This document shows positions 21,190 to 31,125 of a stretch of DNA of 64,000 nt, piece by piece. A program made the position numbers and the translations under genes. A model generated the notes under the pieces. It saw only the letters and a list, made by a program, of their open reading frames with translations, had not been told where the DNA came from and did not search any database. Source of the DNA: a virus (lineage: Duplodnaviria > Caudoviricetes); the IMG/VR virus record IMGVR_UViG_3300043093_000048, positions 32,001 through 96,000 of that record; one strand, given 5' to 3'. Positions within the stretch are counted from its first letter, which is position 1, and each line of letters begins with the position of its first letter.

Positions 21190-22284
21190 ATGATTGAAAA
21201 TATAGAAAAAATTCTAAATGCTAAGAAAATCCGTTATGAATATATGGATAATTTATTTAGAAAATATAAGAGTGTATTAGCTGAAGGTTCTGTAATAAAT
21301 ATATTTATAGACTTAGCTTCTACAATCAAACAATTATATAACCCTGAAAGCATTAAAGGACTTTCAGGTATTGTAAATAAAAAGGATAAATATGCAATAT
21401 CTTCTATATTATTGAATATGATTGGACATTATAGACATTACTTTGCAAGTAGACATAGATGTTATACTAATATAATATTCATGTATAATTCAAAGATTGA
21501 TAATCAGATTAAAGATATTAATCCAGATTATAAAAAGACTTATTATGAAAAAAGATTCTTACTAGATAATCCAGTATTTAGTGATTTAAATCTATTATTA
21601 AAGGATAATTATAAGATGATGAAAACAATTATTGAATATCTACCAAATGTTTCTTTTGCAGATAGTTCATATTGTGATTATCGTAGTATATTTCCTTTTA
21701 TGATTGAAAAAGAAGAATTTAAAAATAATCTAAATATTATATTAACTACAGATAAACAAATGTATCAGAATACTTTACTAGGAGAAACTATTATATTAGA
21801 ACCTAGAGGAGATAAATCTCGCATTATTACTTCTAATTATATTATTAAGATTTTATTAGGTAAAAGTAAAACTATTGAAAAACATCCTGATTATTTAACA
21901 ATTAATCCAGAAAATGTTATATTAATTGAAAGTCTTATATCCCATAAAGATTTAGATACAACTGGTATAAAGAACTTTAGTTATTTAAAAGCAGTAGCTT
22001 TTTTATGTAAAAATAATATTGATATTAATAAAATTATATTTAATATTGCTTCTATTAATGAATTATTTAAAGATATTTTAACTGAAGAAGAGTTAAATAA
22101 AGTTATTGAAAATTTTAAAATATATAATAACTTTTATTTAGCTTCAAAATATGAAAATGATTTAAATATTATGTATCCATCATTTATAAAGTCTATTAAT
22201 GATTATTCAGAATTAAAGAAAGTTAATGAAACTTTATATTCTAAAAATCCATTAACATTAGATTTCTTCTTTGATGGGGAATAA
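21190..22284 (+). CDS. Possible 5'-3' exonuclease/PIN-fold-like protein
   Basis: IFIDL, YKKTYYEKR and ILTTDKQMYQ resemble FEN/T4 RNase H motifs; next to primase. Confidence 0.4.
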   Translation: MIENIEKILNAKKIRYEYMDNLFRKYKSVLAEGSVINIFIDLASTIKQLYNPESIKGLSGIVNKKDKYAISSILLNMIGHYRHYFASRHRCYTNIIFMYNSKIDNQIKDINPDYKKTYYEKRFLLDNPVFSDLNLLLKDNYKMMKTIIEYLPNVSFADSSYCDYRSIFPFMIEKEEFKNNLNIILTTDKQMYQNTLLGETIILEPRGDKSRIITSNYIIKILLGKSKTIEKHPDYLTINPENVILIESLISHKDLDTTGIKNFSYLKAVAFLCKNNIDINKIIFNIASINELFKDILTEEELNKVIENFKIYNNFYLASKYENDLNIMYPSFIKSINDYSELKKVNETLYSKNPLTLDFFFDGE

Positions 22285-22339
22285 AATTTTAAATTTTATA
22301 AATAATAATTAATTATTAATTTTCAAGGAGGAATCTATT

Positions 22340-22681
22340 ATGATTATTAAAAGTGGTAAATTGTATCGACATTTTAAAGGCGGTATTTATAAGGTAGTCT
22401 GTGTTGGATACCATTCAGAAACTAATGAAAAGATGGTAGTTTATAAGGATATTGAATCTAATAAAGTTTGTATTAGACCTTATGACATGTTTACTTCTGA
22501 TGTAGATAAGGAAAAGTATCCTAATGTAAAACAGAAGAAGAGATTTGAAAGAATCAAGAAAAGCCGTAAGCTAACAAAAAAATTCCGTGATCATTCTTGT
22601 TCTGATTTTGATATTTCGGAAAATTCTAATAAGAAATTTTATGAATCAGGAATTCAGGATGGTAAAAATCTCCTAAAGTGA
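22340..22681 (+). CDS. DUF1653 family protein
   Basis: YRHFKGGIY.V...HSET.E.MVVY...RPYDMF...RFE. Confidence 0.85.
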   Translation: MIIKSGKLYRHFKGGIYKVVCVGYHSETNEKMVVYKDIESNKVCIRPYDMFTSDVDKEKYPNVKQKKRFERIKKSRKLTKKFRDHSCSDFDISENSNKKFYESGIQDGKNLLK

Positions 22682-22792
22682 TTTAATAAAAATGACCCAT
22701 AAGAGTCAAGAACTCTTATGGGTTATATATATAAAAACATTCTTAGGAGGAATAACTTATATAAATTAATGTTATTATAAAGGAGAAATATT

Positions 22793-23077
22793 ATGATAAT
22801 TAAGTATAAAATGATTGATACTGATATAAAGGACATTGAAAAGGTTATGAGTTATATTAATACAGATATTGATAATCTTTATCTAGTTCAGGGAGTTAAA
22901 GATAAAAGCTTAGAAACATATAAGGTTTTCTTAAAAGAAAATGATCTTGAATATTGTAGAAATTTCTCTGGATATTCATTTGTAAAATATAAAGGAGATA
23001 GTTACTTAGTAAGTAAAGACTTCTTAAATGATTTTCAAATAATTGACAGATTACTTAAAAGAAACTATGTGGGGTGA
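22793..23077 (+). CDS. Hypothetical protein
   Basis: AAGGAG RBS; overlaps the nrdG start. Confidence 0.65.
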   Translation: MIIKYKMIDTDIKDIEKVMSYINTDIDNLYLVQGVKDKSLETYKVFLKENDLEYCRNFSGYSFVKYKGDSYLVSKDFLNDFQIIDRLLKRNYVG

Positions 23078-23592
23078 GAAACATGAACTATTCTAAAATT
23101 TATTATACAGATGTTATTAATGGAGATGGACTAAGAGTATCTCTATTCGTTAGTGGATGTACAATTCATTGTAAAGGTTGTTTTAATGAAGATGCTTGGG
23201 AGTTTAATTCTGGAAGAGTCTTTACAGATTTTGAAAAAGATTTAATTTTGGACCAAGTATTTAATACTAAAATTTATTACAGTGGAATTTCATTACTTGG
23301 TGGAGAACCATTAGATAATATTATAGGTTTATTACCATTAATGGAAGAATTTAGATTAAGAAATTTAACTGACAATAAGAATGTATGGATTTGGACTGGC
23401 TATACTTTAGAACAGATTGAAGAGAATCCTAATATGAAAAATTTCTTATTAAAATATTGTAATAAAGCAGTTATTGGACCTTTTATTGAAGAACAAAAGG
23501 ATTTAAACCTAAAATTTAGAGGTAGTAAAAATCAAAAAGTTTATACTATTGATAAAGAAAATAAAACATTTTTAGCTGATAACAATTATTAA
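23074..23592 (+). CDS. nrdG: Anaerobic ribonucleotide reductase activating protein (radical SAM)
   Basis: NGDGLRVSLFVSGCTIHCKGCFN, LLGGEP, FRGSKNQ. Confidence 0.95.
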   Translation: MRNMNYSKIYYTDVINGDGLRVSLFVSGCTIHCKGCFNEDAWEFNSGRVFTDFEKDLILDQVFNTKIYYSGISLLGGEPLDNIIGLLPLMEEFRLRNLTDNKNVWIWTGYTLEQIEENPNMKNFLLKYCNKAVIGPFIEEQKDLNLKFRGSKNQKVYTIDKENKTFLADNNY

Positions 23593-23645
23593 ATTTATAT
23601 TATATCAATGTATAAAAATAAATTATTTTGGAGGAATTTTATATA

Positions 23646-24203
23646 ATGAGTAATATTATGAGAGATATTTATGTGACACACGGTGATAAGACAATTAAAT
23701 TTGGTACATATCTTTTCAAAAGTGAAAGTTATGATGAAAATGTTAATAAGCTACTTTTAAGTAATCAGCTTTCTGTTGAAGGCTTTTTAAAATATATAGA
23801 GAATGAAGAAACTCAGAAGATTATTAAAACTAAAGTAGATCAAACTGGTAATTCAGCTTTATATGATAAATTAAAAGATGAAATTAAAACTAAAGTTATT
23901 AATTATTTTCATAAATATAGAAATAGAATCTTTAAAGAAAGTTATAGATACCAAAAAGTAAGATTTGAAAGAAATTTTCCTTTTGAGAAATATACTTACT
24001 ATATTGATTATTGTCGTTATTATACTGAAAGATCTCTTCCAGAAAACTTTAAGATTTTAATTCCTGCTAATAGTTTTTATTACCTTAAAGTCACTGATGG
24101 AATTGTTAATAAAGTAATTCGTAAATATTCAAGTGATAGAAATAATTATAGAGAATATACTCCTCTAAGTGACAATCTTGAATATTTTAAAGTTGCTTAT
24201 TAA
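23646..24203 (+). CDS. Hypothetical protein
   Basis: Start moved to the ATG downstream of GGAGG. Confidence 0.7.
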   Translation: MSNIMRDIYVTHGDKTIKFGTYLFKSESYDENVNKLLLSNQLSVEGFLKYIENEETQKIIKTKVDQTGNSALYDKLKDEIKTKVINYFHKYRNRIFKESYRYQKVRFERNFPFEKYTYYIDYCRYYTERSLPENFKILIPANSFYYLKVTDGIVNKVIRKYSSDRNNYREYTPLSDNLEYFKVAY

Positions 24204-24206
24204 TTT

Positions 24207-24253
24207 AAATAAAGAGAATAGCTAAATAAATAGCTATTCTCTTTATTTTTTTT
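24207..24253. terminator. Bidirectional intrinsic terminator
   Basis: AAATAAAGAGAATAGCTA/TAGCTATTCTCTTTATTT. Confidence 0.75.
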
Positions 24254-24877
24254 TTAGGCTTTAATAATAGATTCATCAAATTCATTATTATTCATATCTA
24301 TTAATTTATTATAATTCTCTTTAATATCTTCTGAAATATAACCTTCATATTTATTTACAAAAGCATTTATATCTCCAAATATACTTTCTAATTTAATAAA
24401 TATTTTTCCAGCATGAACTAATTCATGAGCAGTCTTTGATAATTTTACTAGACCAACTTGATTTAATTCATGAAGCTTTAATACTTCATAAGCAATATCT
24501 AAAGAAGTAAAATTTTCATTATTCATTAATCTTTTATTAATACAAATTTCTACAATATCATAAAGAGTAAAAGGATAATGATGAAATTCAAATGTAACTC
24601 CATCAATACTATCTGAAAGATTTCCAAATATAGCACAATTATGTATACCTATTTCATTATTTAAATGACCTATATAGGTTTTATATTCATTAGACATTCT
24701 TATTTGTCTTTCAATATTCTTTATAAACATTTTCATTTCTTTACTATCAGACCATTGATTAAAATAAAAACTTCCAATAATATTTTTACTATCACCTTTT
24801 CTGGCAATTACTACATCATTATCTTTATTCATAGAAATTATATTATTAACCTCATTAGGTTTATTAATCTGTTTCAT
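24254..24877 (-). CDS. Protein with an HNH-like His cluster
   Basis: EFHH...LVKLSKTAHELVH; start likely ATG 24877 after AAGGAG. Confidence 0.5.
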   Translation of the reverse strand: MKQINKPNEVNNIISMNKDNDVVIARKGDSKNIIGSFYFNQWSDSKEMKMFIKNIERQIRMSNEYKTYIGHLNNEIGIHNCAIFGNLSDSIDGVTFEFHHYPFTLYDIVEICINKRLMNNENFTSLDIAYEVLKLHELNQVGLVKLSKTAHELVHAGKIFIKLESIFGDINAFVNKYEGYISEDIKENYNKLIDMNNNEFDESIIKA

Positions 24878-24937
24878 TTTGTATGCTCCTTTATATAAAA
24901 TTAAGAGAATGACTAATAATTTAGTCATTCTCCTTTT

Positions 24938-25247
24938 TTAGAATCTATACTTAAAATAATTATCCATATTACTAACCACAGAATTCTTTAAGAATAATTT
25001 AAGAGTTTCATTACCTTCTTTAATTGAAAGTAATTTATTAGCTCTATCTACTTCTACATTTGAATAATCTTCATTAATATTAAAATTAAGAGATTCACAA
25101 ATAGCATTAATTCTTCTATCTTCCTTAGTTACATATTCTGCTAAATCAGCCATATTAAAATTAATAAGACCTTCATTAAGCACATTATTATCATATGACT
25201 CAGAAATAGTTCTAGTCATATAAGCTTTATCATGTGATGGAATAGTT
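24938..25247 (-). CDS. Prohead protease, exon 2
   Basis: Splicing gives YDWV-TIPSHDKAY, in frame with ORF 24938..25219. Confidence 0.85.
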
Positions 25248-26799
25248 CATTACCATCATTATTCTTCACATAAGTTCGTTAATCTTATGCAGTTCTCTTA
25301 TGAACTTCTCTAGTTTTATTTATATCTAGAGTTGAGACTATATCTTCATAGAAAATATTTCTATGCTCCCCATTTCGATTTAATCAGGAATTACTGAATT
25401 ATTACTTCATACCTGAACCACTTGGCTCTACTCTACTCTCTTCTTCAATTATTCTTTAAGAATAATTTATGATTTCGATAGTCGTTGAACGTTACAAAAA
25501 AAAACTTCTTATAAAAAGAAGCTTTTTTGTCTTCGCTGCTGATTATCCTTATATAAAGGAGTTTCCAGCAATTAAAGGAGTTTATACTGAGCAACATTAT
25601 TCTTCGATTATTTCATAATTTTCATTTAAATATTTGTCTAAATTTTTAATATAATCTTCATCGTAGGAAAGTCTTAAAAGATCTTTATTATTTTCTTTAC
25701 ACCAATCATTTTTCATTTTATCATGTTTTTGAGTTAAAGATAATTTATTTTCATCTTTATACCAACCAGCTTCAAAATGTTGTTTTCCATCATATTCAAT
25801 AAGTAAATCATATTCAGTTAAGTAAAAATCAAATCTTAATAAATATTTATCTTTACAAGTAGAAAAAGTTTTTTCTTGAATATAATTTATATAATTATTT
25901 TCTAAATATTCTTTTATTTCCTTAACCGCTTTAGATTCTGAATTATGTAAATTACAACAAGGACATCTATTTCCTCCTAAGAAGTGAGTTGGTGTCATTT
26001 CAAATATATAATGATTACAATTATTACTATTATGTTGAAATTTTATTTTAGAGCTATTATTAATATAATCACTTATTACTATATATTCATCTTTAACTAA
26101 ATCATATACTTCTTTTTTAAACTTTTCAGTAGTTTTTAAGTGTGTTCCAAAACAATAAGGACATCTTCTACCACTTGAAAATGATTTTGGCTCTACATAA
26201 TAAATATTATTACATTTTTTATGACGTAATTTTACTTTAGTCTTACAATTAATATAATTACTTAATAATTCATAATCATCACCAATTTCTTTACTAAATG
26301 AATCAGTAGTTTTCTTTTTAAGCTTAGAACAATTAGGACATCTATGATTTTGATGTAAAAATTTAAAAGGTTTCATTTCAAATTCAGTATTACATTTATT
26401 ATGTTTCATTTTAATTTTATCATTAGTTGTTTTATATTCACCTAATACTTCATATTCATTTCCTACTAAATTATATATTTCTTTTTTAAATCCTTCAGTA
26501 GTTTTCTTAGGTGTTCCAAAACAATAAGGACATCTTCTACCTCTTAAAAAATCATTAGGTCTAGTTTCAAATTCAGTATTACATTTATTATGTTTCATTT
26601 TAATCTTAATTTTATTACTAACATATTCACCTAATACTTCATATTCATTTCCTACTAAATTATATATTTCTTTTACAAATTCTTTTTGTGTTTTTCTTTG
26701 TTGACAATAAGCCATATTAAACACTTCCTTTCACGAATATAATATATACGTAAAAGTTTAAACTAAAATTATTTTTTTAACCATCGATAATAACTTCAT
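25248..26799 (-). ncRNA. Group I intron (IA-like, P7.1/P7.2 extensions) in the prohead protease gene
   Basis: Minus strand: P UUGCUGGAAA, Q AUCAGCAG, R GUUCAACGACUA, S AAGAUAUAGUC; 5' exon ends in U, intron ends in G; P1 ACUGGGU/GCUCAGU. Confidence 0.9.
25597..26724 (-). CDS. Intron-encoded homing endonuclease (4 zinc-ribbon repeats + Vsr-like/EDxHD nuclease)
   Basis: Four KHxxC...RCPxC repeats; RFDFYL...IEYDGKQH; lies inside the intron. Confidence 0.85.
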   Translation of the reverse strand: MFNMAYCQQRKTQKEFVKEIYNLVGNEYEVLGEYVSNKIKIKMKHNKCNTEFETRPNDFLRGRRCPYCFGTPKKTTEGFKKEIYNLVGNEYEVLGEYKTTNDKIKMKHNKCNTEFEMKPFKFLHQNHRCPNCSKLKKKTTDSFSKEIGDDYELLSNYINCKTKVKLRHKKCNNIYYVEPKSFSSGRRCPYCFGTHLKTTEKFKKEVYDLVKDEYIVISDYINNSSKIKFQHNSNNCNHYIFEMTPTHFLGGNRCPCCNLHNSESKAVKEIKEYLENNYINYIQEKTFSTCKDKYLLRFDFYLTEYDLLIEYDGKQHFEAGWYKDENKLSLTQKHDKMKNDWCKENNKDLLRLSYDEDYIKNLDKYLNENYEIIEE

Positions 26800-27290
26800 A
26801 CCCAGTCATATGCCACAATCATTAATGGTCCATATACACGGTTATATTGTCCTTCTTGCTTAATAACATTTCCAAGTGCTCTCATAGAAAATGAAACACG
26901 AGAGCCTTGTCTAATCAATCCTCTCATGTCATAGCCTGTAGCTGTTTGTGCAGTTTCTACAATACCTTTTAAGAGGTTTCCTTCCCAACTAAGAGAAGTT
27001 ACAATATGACTAATATTTGTTTGATCTATATAAGACTGGCGGTGAATATCACTACTGAGCGGATGCCCTGCTTCGCCGAAAAAACATTTATTAGCAATTT
27101 TTTCTTTTACAGTTGGATTATTTAAAGCATCAGATAAAACATCTTTACCATAAATACGTTTATTTCTATTTGGAGCATCAGCTTCTTGAAGTATTGCTTC
27201 AAATGTAATTGATTTATTATCATCTGCTAAAATAGAAGGTGTAGAAGAATTAAATTCTTCACAAACAATAAATCCTTCACTATTATTCAT
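26800..27290 (-). CDS. Prohead protease (T4 gp21-like), exon 1; spliced product about 266 aa
   Basis: NRNKRIY, GEAGHP (His), FSMRALG (Ser), YDWV (Asp); late motif 27320-27331. Confidence 0.9.
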
Positions 27291-27421
27291 TATTTATCAA
27301 TCCTTTCATTAATAAAATATAATACACTGTTTCTTTATATAATATTTTAATGCAAAAAAAAAATAAAGTCATAAGGAAGAGATTTACTCTTCCTTATGAC
27401 CATTTAAATTAAATATGATTA

Positions 27422-28195
27422 TTATAATAAATTACAAACACTAAGAACTTCTGTTTTATTAGGATAATAACAATTTTTAATTCTTTCAAAGAATTTAATA
27501 ATATTATAATCCTTATCATCTAATATTACAGCATTACCACTATCTTTTTCAATAAAATTGAATTGATATGTATTATTATTAGAATCATATGAAATAGATA
27601 AATTAGTATAAAATGTTAATGTTGTTTGACCTAAACCATCTGGTCTAATAATATCATCTGGTGTTAATGGTCTATTTTTTAAATCTTTTTTCTTAATATC
27701 AGAATATTCTTTACTGTAAACAGGAGCAGGAACTAATAAATCAAAATGATAATTATATACTAAATCAAGTATACCATTATTCATATCTAATTTAGAACGA
27801 TTATAACTACCTCCAATAATTTTTCCAATAAACTGTTCCTTAGTTGAAAAAGCATATTTACCAAAATAAACTTGTCTAATATTAAGATCAAAAACTGCTA
27901 GTTTTAAAGCAATTTCATTAATAGTTTTTTGTACTTCAATAGGATTGGTATTAATTTTTTCTTTTTCAAAAATATTAATAATCATCTTTTTATAATTACT
28001 ATAATTACTAATTTCTGGATTCTTAATAGAAGCATGATAAAACATTTTTCCATTAAAATTCTTTAAATCAAGATTAATACTTTCTTCTAGTTTTTCTTTA
28101 TTATTTAAAGCTTTAGAAGAATCTTTTAAGTAATTTTCATATTCCTTAAAAAGTAAAAAACCATCCGTACAAATTGAATTTCTTGTCATTGACAT
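27422..28195 (-). CDS. Hypothetical protein
   Basis: AAGGAG RBS; early motif at 28256-28266. Confidence 0.75.
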   Translation of the reverse strand: MSMTRNSICTDGFLLFKEYENYLKDSSKALNNKEKLEESINLDLKNFNGKMFYHASIKNPEISNYSNYKKMIINIFEKEKINTNPIEVQKTINEIALKLAVFDLNIRQVYFGKYAFSTKEQFIGKIIGGSYNRSKLDMNNGILDLVYNYHFDLLVPAPVYSKEYSDIKKKDLKNRPLTPDDIIRPDGLGQTTLTFYTNLSISYDSNNNTYQFNFIEKDSGNAVILDDKDYNIIKFFERIKNCYYPNKTEVLSVCNLL

Positions 28196-28302
28196 AAAAA
28201 TAATCTCCTTTATAATAAAAATAATTTGATAAATTTAATAAATATTTATCACAACTATAATATATACTTAAAAACTTTTTATTATAAGAAATAATAAAAG
28301 AG

Positions 28303-29229
28303 GTGATAACTTTGGATTATAAAACATTTTTAAATGAATCATGTAAAGATATTCAAACAGCAAGAAAATTTGTTTCTGAAGTTGGAAAATTAGCTAAAAA
28401 ATATGATGCTAATTATTTTATAGTAACTGATGGAGCTTCTGGAATTAATAATAGTGGAAATCCAGCTGTTAAAAATGCTAGAGAATGTCATATAAAATGG
28501 GAAAAAGAAAATGGTGGAGATCCTTATGAAGATTGGGGAAAAAATGAATCATATGATGAATTATATAATGAAACATTAGAAACTTCTGTAACAAGACCTT
28601 TTCTTTCTAAAGATGTAACACTTTATCATGGTTCTAAGATAAAATATAAAAATGACGTAATAGATCCTAGATTTGGTGCTATTAATATTGGCACTAAATT
28701 ATCGAGTCCTAGATATTCTTCTTGGTGGACGACAGATAAAATTTTCCCATTATTCAGTTCAGCACAAACAGTATTAAGAAAATTATTATGTAAATATATA
28801 GATAATAAAGAAGATTTTGAAAAAGCTTATGTTCTTGATTTTAAAAATAGAAAATTTTATATTAATCAAAAATATAAAGATTTAATTGATTGGAATTTTT
28901 CTAGTGAAAATTATCTATATCAAGTTACTGTTCCAAGAAGAATTGTTGGAAGAGGACATAATATAGAAATTGATGAATATACTTTAGATCAGCCAATTAA
29001 AGCTGATAAAGTTAAATTAATTAAATTAAAAGATTTAAAACCTTTTATAGAATTTAAAGATGAATCTTTTATTATATTAAAAATTAAAGAATTTGAAAGT
29101 AGTCATGCTACTTATAAGCCAACAGTTATGGATAAAATGATTTATTATAGTAATGATGAAATGAGAAAAATTAGAAAAGATTATAGAAAGAAATTTGGTT
29201 ATTTAACTGATGGAGAATTTAAATATTAA
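28303..29229 (+). CDS. Possible ADP-ribosyltransferase-fold virion protein
   Basis: TLYHGS...SWWTTD...YLYQV...DEY pattern; LNE/YNE sites upstream; late motif 28273-28284. Confidence 0.4.
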   Translation: MITLDYKTFLNESCKDIQTARKFVSEVGKLAKKYDANYFIVTDGASGINNSGNPAVKNARECHIKWEKENGGDPYEDWGKNESYDELYNETLETSVTRPFLSKDVTLYHGSKIKYKNDVIDPRFGAINIGTKLSSPRYSSWWTTDKIFPLFSSAQTVLRKLLCKYIDNKEDFEKAYVLDFKNRKFYINQKYKDLIDWNFSSENYLYQVTVPRRIVGRGHNIEIDEYTLDQPIKADKVKLIKLKDLKPFIEFKDESFIILKIKEFESSHATYKPTVMDKMIYYSNDEMRKIRKDYRKKFGYLTDGEFKY

Positions 29230-29285
29230 AAAAATCGTATATAGGATATACCTATATACGATTTATATTTTATTTTAAAATAAAC

Positions 29286-29939
29286 TTAGATATCATAACC
29301 GTTATCTAAATAAGCCATATAATAGCCTTCTAAATAAGCTTCAGTTTCATCGTCATCATCATAATAATCATCTTCATAATCATAATCATCATAATCTTCA
29401 TCATAATAATCATAATCATCATAATCTTCATCATAATAATCATAATCATCATAACCCATATCTTCTAAAGCTGCATAGAAACCTTCAAGATAAGCTTCTT
29501 TAAGTGCTGGTTCTTTACTTGATACTTCCTTAAATTTTGCACAATTCTTTCTATAAGATGAACCACTTATTTTATTAGCTCCAATAGTTCCACCTGCAGC
29601 AACAGCACCAGTAACAGCAGCACCAGCAGCAGCAACAGCTAATTTATTATATTTTTTAGCTAAAGCTGCATACTTTGCTTTTTCTTCCTTATTCTTTGTC
29701 TGTTCTGCTAATTTCTTATACTTATTTGCCTGTTGTTTAAGCATAGCTGCACTTGTTGCACCTGCAGTTGCAGCAGTAACTCCGCTACCTACAGTAATTT
29801 TTCCTGCTTTACTACCAGTAGCTTTCCACACTGCTTTAGCTCTATTTTTTTTCTTTGCAATTTTGCCACCTTCAATTGCCACCTCATCATAAGTTGGTTG
29901 ATCTGCGGCTTCAGCTAAAACCATATCTAAATAATTCAT
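29286..29939 (-). CDS. Putative internal head protein (basic, Ala-rich core; acidic YDD tail)
   Basis: KYKKLA..KNK.EKAKY module; EAYLEGFYAALE and EAYLEGYYMAY motifs; late motif 29974-29985. Confidence 0.6.
   Translation of the reverse strand: MNYLDMVLAEAADQPTYDEVAIEGGKIAKKKNRAKAVWKATGSKAGKITVGSGVTAATAGATSAAMLKQQANKYKKLAEQTKNKEEKAKYAALAKKYNKLAVAAAGAAVTGAVAAGGTIGANKISGSSYRKNCAKFKEVSSKEPALKEAYLEGFYAALEDMGYDDYDYYDEDYDDYDYYDEDYDDYDYEDDYYDDDDETEAYLEGYYMAYLDNGYDI
29370..29455. repeat. 30-bp coding repeat (YDDYDYYDED)
   Basis: TCATAATAATCATAATCATCATAATCTTCA units. Confidence 0.8.
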
Positions 29940-29983
29940 ATTATTACCTACTTTCTTTTTAAATTAAAATTAATAAATATTTG

Positions 29984-30520
29984 TTAATATTCTAAATATT
30001 CTATTTCTTCAAGAGCATCATAATATCCTTCTAAAAAATCTTCTGTAAGCTTAGTTTTAGCAGCAGAAGGACAATTTTTTTTAGCAATTTTAGCTTGTTT
30101 AATAGCTCTATTATTAATTCTTTTAGCATCGATATAAGGTGTATATTCTGTTGATGCTCTAGCTGCTGTAATTGCTCCAGCACCTAATGCTAAATGCTTA
30201 TATTTTTTTGCCATAGCTTCATACTTTTTTCTTTCATTTTCATTTTTTGCTTGTTTTGCTAATTTCTTATATTCTCTATATTTTACAGCTGCTAAAGCAG
30301 TGGCTGTTCCACTAATAGCAGATTTATTAGCAACTCTAGAAAGTCTTCTGGCTCTATCGTTATTAAAAGTTTCTTTATTTATTTCATTAGAGAATTTTGC
30401 CACTTTTCCTAAAGCAATTTTTTGTTCATATTTTTTCTTAATTGGATCATTCGTTTTAAGAGCATAATTTTTTGAACTTTCATTTAAATTATATAATTCT
30501 AAATAATTCATATTAATCAC
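29984..30520 (-). CDS. Putative internal head protein, paralog
   Basis: Same core module; ends EDFLEGYYDALEEIEYLEY. Confidence 0.6.
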   Translation of the reverse strand: MINMNYLELYNLNESSKNYALKTNDPIKKKYEQKIALGKVAKFSNEINKETFNNDRARRLSRVANKSAISGTATALAAVKYREYKKLAKQAKNENERKKYEAMAKKYKHLALGAGAITAARASTEYTPYIDAKRINNRAIKQAKIAKKNCPSAAKTKLTEDFLEGYYDALEEIEYLEY

Positions 30521-30534
30521 TACCTTCTTTTTTA

Positions 30535-31038
30535 TTAATATTCTAAATATTCTATTTCTTCAAGAGCATCATAATAACCTTTCAAATAAGATTCTTCTAA
30601 AGGAACTACATTACCAGCATCAGTACGATATGTTAATTTTCTTTGTAAATCTGAATATTGTTTTCTACTTTTTCTAGTAGCACCATTAATACCTTTATCT
30701 ACAGCATGACTACCAATAGCAACTCCTGCACCAGCAACACTTGATATTTTTAAGGCTCTAATTCTTTTTTCATATTTTTTTACTAAAGCTTCATATTTTG
30801 CTTTTTCTTTCTTATTTTTTGTTTCTGATGCTAATTTTTTATATTTGTTATATTCTCTTTTTGCAGTAACAAGATCAATAGCACTAATTGCAGCTAAACT
30901 GCCACCAAAAATTTTGCCAGGCTTTGAATACATTTTTTGTTTGTCATTTAATTTTTCAAGTTTAATATTTTTACGACCAACTTTATGAAATTCATCAAAT
31001 TCTTTTTTATTTTTTTCTCTAAATTCTTTATAACTCAT
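30535..31038 (-). CDS. Putative internal head protein, paralog
   Basis: Same core module; ends ESYLKGYYDALEEIEYLEY; late motif 31076-31087. Confidence 0.6.
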   Translation of the reverse strand: MSYKEFREKNKKEFDEFHKVGRKNIKLEKLNDKQKMYSKPGKIFGGSLAAISAIDLVTAKREYNKYKKLASETKNKKEKAKYEALVKKYEKRIRALKISSVAGAGVAIGSHAVDKGINGATRKSRKQYSDLQRKLTYRTDAGNVVPLEESYLKGYYDALEEIEYLEY

Positions 31039-31125
31039 TATAATAAAATTCTCCTTTCGTTATAATTATTATTTATATCTATTTGTTTTTTTGTCAACAT
31101 ACACTTATACATTTTATAAAAAGAG

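Noticed and set aside
24938-25219. Independent 93-aa gene
   Set aside because: Better explained as exon 2 of the prohead protease; no RBS, and the conserved TIPSH lies upstream in frame
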